Source: Eledone cirrhosa
Lineage: Eukaryota
Direction: 5' to 3'
Assembly: GCA_964016885.1 (NCBI GenBank)
Contig: OZ024742.1
Location: 308,946,001-309,010,000 of the forward strand
DNA length: 64,000 bases
Position numbers and translations under genes: made by a program. Of the stretch, positions 53,622 through 64,000 are shown piece after piece; the first letter of the stretch is position 1, and the number at the start of each line of letters is the position of its first letter. A model generated the notes under the pieces. It saw only the letters and a program-made list of their open reading frames with translations, did not search any database and was not told the DNA's origin.

Positions 53622-54134
53622 CTTACTGGTTCCTATTACCCACTCTACTACCTCAAGTATTGAGTACTTTGGTGCGTTATGGTCCACCTGGTTCCTTACC
53701 TCATTTCCTTCGTTATATATATATATATATAGTAATAATAATAAATTTGAAGACTAAAATTCAAAGAGGGCTCGATAAGGGTGAAAGCAGCGATTCTTTG
53801 CTTAAACTTTAATCTGTTATTTTAATAAATATATATATATATAATTGGTGTTGGATGCTTAAAGCGTCCGTATGCGGTAGGCCGTTTGAGCACTCGGTGC
53901 CCTCATGGAGCAGAGTATGATATTACAGAAAAAAAGAGAATCAGTGTTGCGACGAAAAGAATTTATTGGACATATTACAATTGTTTCTCGGGTGACCAGC
54001 CCGAAGCACGATCGATGTGGTGATCACCACAGGTTTGATCACCACATCGATCGTGCCTCGAGCTGGTCGCCCGAGAAACAATTGTAATATGTCCAATAAA
54101 TTCCTTTCGTCGCAACACTGATTTCCTTTTTTCT

Positions 54135-54171
<37 letters not shown>

Positions 54172-54264
54172 GAATACAGGTTAAATCATGTGGTTGCGAA
54201 GCGAACTCCTTAGTTCCACTTTTATAAAGTAAATGTATATATATCACCTTTATTATTTATATTT

Positions 54265-55134
<870 letters not shown>

Positions 55135-55159
55135 CATATATATGTATGTATAAATATAT

Positions 55160-55863
<704 letters not shown>

Positions 55864-55903
55864 TATATACATACATACATACATACATACATACATACAT
55901 ACA

Positions 55904-59284
<3,381 letters not shown>

Positions 59285-59379
59285 ATATATATATATATAG
59301 GAAATCAGTGCAGGATTGTTTGTAAATCAATTACATATTTAATGTAATTTAATCCTGGTTATTTTATTCTTATATATAT

Positions 59380-59446
<67 letters not shown>

Positions 59447-59477
59447 TTAGAATTGGTGCTCTGAAATAGCGATATAT

Positions 59478-59699
59478 ATATGAATGTATATATAGTGTAT
59501 TTTGCAATACACTATATGCTTAATTAAAAGCATTTTGAAGACCATACGCTATTGTTTTAAAATAGTGATAATGTCAATTATTTAAATTTTCAGCAAACAG
59601 GTGAGATAAACTGACAGAGCTCTGTTTCGTACTTTCGTACGGTCTTCAAAATGCTTTTAATTAAGCATACAGTGCATTGCAAAATACACTATATATACG

Positions 59700-59705
<6 letters not shown>
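59478..59705. mobile_element. Family E fold-back insert in (TA)n; hammerhead-like motif 59610-59652 (-)
   Basis: Arms about 59478-59549 and 59636-59705. Reverse complement: att-TTGAAGA-cc gtac gaaa gtac-GAAA-cagagctctg-TC-agt. Confidence 0.65.
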
Positions 59706-59780
<75 letters not shown>

Positions 59781-59782
<2 letters not shown>

Positions 59783-60816
59783 AATGGAAAAGAATGAAAG
59801 GAAATTTCATTTCTCACTCTTAGTACGGCTGATACTTAAATGTAAGTATGTATACGTACATACATATATGTATACAGACGTACAGTAGTATGTATATATA
59901 TATACATACATGCACACATATATATATGTACGTATGGGTTTACCGAACATTTATTATAATGTTCGGTTTGTTTGTAAACAAACAGCCAGAATTAAGCCGT
60001 ACAGTGTTCGGCAACCATCGTCGCCCTTTTGTTCAACACTGACAAAGGAACGATGAACTAGTTTCAAGCTTATTAGCTATCGTCAGCATCGTATACCTTC
60101 CTGTCAGATGATTGAACGTTTGAAAGTATATACTTTCCTTATGCATATTAACGGCCGAGCAGCCTAATTTGCATATCGAGTGAGTTAGTCGGCCGGGCGT
60201 ACCGAAAACGATAAATGGAAAAGAATGAAATGAAATTTCCTTTCTCACTCTTAGTACGTGTGATACGTACATACATATATGTATACAGATGTACAGTAGT
60301 ATGTATATATATACATACATGCACACATATATATAAATGTACGTATGGGTTTATCGAACATTTATTATAATGTTCGGTTTCTTTGTAAACAAACAGCCAG
60401 AATTAAGCCGTACTAAGAGTGAGAAATGAAATTTCATTTCATTCTTTTCCATTTATCGTCAGTACGCCCGGGCGACTAACTCACTCGATATGCAAATTAG
60501 GCTGCTCAGCCGTTAATATGCATAAGGAAAGTATATACTTTCAGACCTTCAACCATCTGGCAGGAAGGTATACGATGATGACGATAGCTAATAAGCTTGA
60601 AACTAGTTCATCGTTCCTTTGTCAGTGTTGAACAAAAGGGCGACAATGGTTGCCGAACACTGTACGGCTTAATTCTGGCTGTTTGTTTACAAACAAACCG
60701 AACATTATAAAAAATGTTCGGTAAACCCATACGTACATATATATATGTGTGCATGTATGTATATATATACATACTACTGTACGTCTGTATACATATATGT
60801 ATGTACGTATACATAC

Positions 60817-60823
<7 letters not shown>
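59781..60823. mobile_element. Family G retrozyme-like array: ~1.5 tandem 431-bp monomers (-) plus one inverted near-monomer (+)
   Basis: taaatggaaaagaatgaaa at 59781 and 60212; inversion at agccgtac (about 60406-60413). Confidence 0.85.
60051..60091 (-). ncRNA. Canonical minimal type I hammerhead (family G); C3A-mutant mirror copy at 60573-60613 (+)
   Basis: Reverse complement: cgatg-CTGACGA-tagctaataagctt-GAAA-ctag-TT-catcg. Confidence 0.87.
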
Positions 60824-60880
<57 letters not shown>

Positions 60881-61087
60881 AACATTAAATATAAATACCA
60901 AACCAGACGACTCACTACAAGGAAGAAATATATTAGTTTAACATTTGATATAATAGGAAACGAGGTTTAACGTCGGACACTTGTACTTCATTAGAAGTTA
61001 GAATGAGAAATAAAAGATAGAGAATGAGAAGAGGAAGAAATGGAAAAAAAACACGTTTGTTTCAGTCAACCATTTTGGAGAAATATA

Positions 61088-61750
61088 TATGAGGGACTCT
61101 CCCATCGTATGTAAACGTATGGGCGTTCTACATTCTTCTCAGTTCATTTATCTATGGTTATGCCTTAAATGGCACTTCAGTCCAGCTGCTGATTTACACA
61201 TCAAGTCACATTTAGGGCAGATAACAGGATTTGGGACAGACAGTTCTCCATTTTCTACGGTCAGCAGCTAGGACTTCCAAACAAGTAAGAAGTATGTTCA
61301 TAGATTTCAGACTGTACTTCAGTTTGTCTTTATATCTGAGTAATGTTCTGTCTATATTACGTGCGCTATTATAAAGTTGACTGTATAACAGTACCTTGGG
61401 TGTTATTCTAACTCATCTGAGGTGGGAATGCATCAAAATGACTCAATCCCACTGATGTTGTACCTTGTGAACAAATTGGCATTGGAGACTGTTATAAAGT
61501 ACATAACCACAGATAGAGCGAAGACGCCTGTGGAAGACATCAAGCTTATAAATGTGGGTGCAATAAAGTGCCCATGTCTCCGAGTCGTATAAATGTGTTG
61601 TCAGTACCACTGAAGGATAAACTGCAACTTTTGTTTTCAGAAATATATCTGTGACACCCCGTAGACGATGATGTAGTTTGCCAAAGGTATCAGTTGCTTT
61701 GGAGACGCGAAATCAGTGATCAGTTTCTAAGACCCACTGCGCAAAGGTCG
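61088..61750 (-). pseudogene. Old RTE 3' relic with terminal C2H2 finger
   Basis: RVSKATDTFGKLHHRL..FLKTKVAVY and CPKCDLMCKSAAGLKCHL on the minus strand. Confidence 0.7.
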
Positions 61751-62039
61751 ACAAATTTGGGTCACATAGATGAAGACTGAAAAAAGAGAGAGGGTGAATG
61801 ATGAGAGAGAGAGAGAAGGTGAGAATGGGAGAGACGGAGAGGGGTGGTGACTGGGGGTGAGAAGAGAAAAAAGGGAGAAGGATGAGAGAGAGAGTGGGGG
61901 AAACGGAGAGAGATGGAGATTGAGATGAGAAATGAAGACTGAGAGGAGAGAGAGTGAGTGATGAGAGAGAGAGTTTTTGATGTGAGAGAGAGAGAGATGT
62001 GAGAGAGAAGGTGGAGAGGGAAATGTGAGAGGGATAGAG

Positions 62040-62087
<48 letters not shown>

Positions 62088-62624
62088 TAGAGCTAACCAG
62101 TTCATAATCACACTTTAGAATTACCTTAAGAAACTGGTGAGAAAAAGATGTCTGTAATTTATTTTTACATGTTTCTTTGTTTTCTGTTTATTTTTTATTT
62201 GTTGTTTTGCTGTTTCAATGTTTAGCGATGTCTTAGATGTTCTGATCAAATGTATTTTTTAGATATGGTCAAAAATTTAAAGAGCTAATTAAAAGACACG
62301 AAAATACCATTTTCTTTTGTTGTTGTTACTGTTCTTATAACTCTTTTTCGTTTTTACTTGTATTTTAATTGTATTTTTGTTTTTGTTTTTTACTGTTTCG
62401 TTTCGTTGTTGTTGTTTTTTGAGTAGGGTTCGTTTTTTTGTGTTTTCAAATAACTGTTGTTTTATTATCTCCCTTTTTTAACACTTTATGCTGTGTTCTT
62501 TTTTTATCAGATAGTTTTGTTTTTGTGTGTAAAAAAAAAAAGCCAATGATTTGTTATCTGTTCAACATTTTCAAACGTTGTGATGTGGTCGATTAAAACA
62601 CCATGCCTACTACTAGTGTCGACA

Positions 62625-62930
62625 CAGCGTGGCCGAACGGTTAAGATGTTCGCTTTGCAGTCATTAAGTCATGGGTTCTATCCTACTGCGTGGCAACTTG
62701 GGAAAGTTTCATTTGCCACAGCCTTGGATCGACTCTTGTCTTCTGAGCTTAATTGTATAGACGGATACTGTTTGGAAGCTCATCAGATTAACTGTACCTG
62801 TAATTCAATGGGCCTGCTTTGTCATGTATACACAGTGTATCACACTGAATCTCCCTGAAATTACGTATCTGTGGAATGCTCAGCCACTTGTACATTAATT
62901 TCATGCGCAAGCTGTTCGAAACCGACAGAG
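62625..62930 (+). mobile_element. Old CORE-like tRNA SINE
   Basis: gcgtggccgaacggttaag..gggttctatcc..ttgggaaagt; 3' part matches 16690-16800. Confidence 0.7.
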
Positions 62931-63564
62931 GTCCATTCTATTCCAGCCTACTACTACTAATATTAATACTACTACTACCATCCTCCTCCATCAGTACAAC
63001 TACTACCATCACTACTACAACTACCACTCCCACCATCATCACTACTACTACCATCACAACCATCGCTAATGCTACTACTGCCATCAATATTACTATACTA
63101 CCATTAACACCATCACTAATACCACTATCATCATCACTACTACCACCACTACGTCTACCATAACCATCATCACTACTATTATGACCACGTCGATAATGAA
63201 GCAATGAAGAAGCCCCCAATCAGCCATTTCACATGCTAGAAATAGCAGCCAAATTACAACTTGCCATCTCTAAACATAAGAAGGACACATTGGACAATGT
63301 AGTCTTGAATAAATATGTCTTTTGATTAGAGGTGTGTTCTTTCAGGTCTAATCTGAGGCTAGACAACAAGAACAACAATTACAAGTATGAGGATGTATCA
63401 GCTAGATAAGTAAGATATACATTGCCTATCCAGTATAAAAACGTAACTATTAATTGTTTAGTATAAAAGGTCTGTAGATTGATAGCATTAGTAGGACGTC
63501 AGGTTTTGCGTTATTTAGATACAAATGGTTCGGAAGGGAGCTAACCTAAATAAAACTTTGTACC

Positions 63565-63705
63565 TTCGGAGTTTAAATCCCGCCGAGATCAATTTTGCCG
63601 GGGGTCGATAAAATAAGTCCCAGTAAAGTAATGGGGCCCGATATAATCGGGTTCTCCCTCCACACAAATTGTTGCCCTTGTGCCAGTGTTAAGAAGAAAA
63701 GATAA
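63565..63705 (+). mobile_element. Old Deu/Nin-like SINE fragment
   Basis: gagtttaaatcccgccgag..gggtcgataaaataagt..cttgtgcc. Confidence 0.75.
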
Positions 63706-63790
63706 TTATATAGTATGAAATATATATTATTGCCAATACATTATAATAATTGTTTCTATTTTTGGCACAAGGTCAGCAATTACTCCAGTT

Positions 63791-64000
63791 CATGGCGCCC
63801 GACCCTCTACCGATACTGCCAATCCACCGCCCTAGCATGGCGCCGACCCTCTACCGATACTGCCAATCCACCGCCCTAGCATGGCGCCCGACCCTCTACC
63901 GATACTGCCAATCCACCGCCCTAGCATGGCGCCCGACCCTCCACCGCTACTGCCAATCCACGCCCTAGCATGGCGCCCGACCCTCTACCGATACTGCCAA
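63791..64000 (-). repeat. 45-bp tandem repeat made of the SINE 5' head (runs off the window end)
   Basis: catggcgcccgaccctctaccgatactgccaatccaccgccctag x ~4.7 is the reverse complement of SINE nt 1-45. Confidence 0.95.

Larger units (their letters stand above)
48347..53714 (+). mobile_element. Hydra-type Penelope-like retroelement, 5'-truncated, with a 2.1-kb inverted copy
   Basis: Arms 48347-50470 and 51514-53636 are reverse complements; 1.04-kb spacer; ~77-bp unique tail; TA flanks. Confidence 0.95.

Overview
Repeat-dense, AT-rich eukaryotic DNA, most likely from an octopod cephalopod (inferred from the SINE families only). No host gene is confidently identifiable. Most ORFs in the track are translations of microsatellites. 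Contents: a 6.5-kb (AGAC/AGAGAC)n satellite; many tRNA-derived SINEs; a head-to-tail string of non-autonomous Helitron-like elements; a (TATG/CATA)n tract (about 14.5-22.4 kb) filled with R4/Dong-like LINE fragments and three sister families of RTE-derived non-autonomous elements; RTE and Tc1/mariner relics; and a full-length, twice-deleted RTE-group LINE. From about 25 to 61 kb the (TA)n tracts hold two Penelope-like retroelements (a near-intact Neptune/Nematis-type element, and a Hydra-type element forming a 5.3-kb palindrome) plus many short non-coding inserts that are fold-back (inverted) or partial-tandem. The main unexplained signal, folded by eye, is that at least eight unrelated sequence families among these TA-tract inserts carry type I hammerhead ribozyme motifs. 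Some cores are canonical and some are variant (UUGAGAA, CAGANGA, CAGUUGA, UUGAAGA). Two sit in 323-nt and 431-nt retrozyme-like monomers, and a 526-nt monomer has a weaker candidate. This suggests a Penelope/retrozyme system targeting TA microsatellites. Ribozyme activity is untested.
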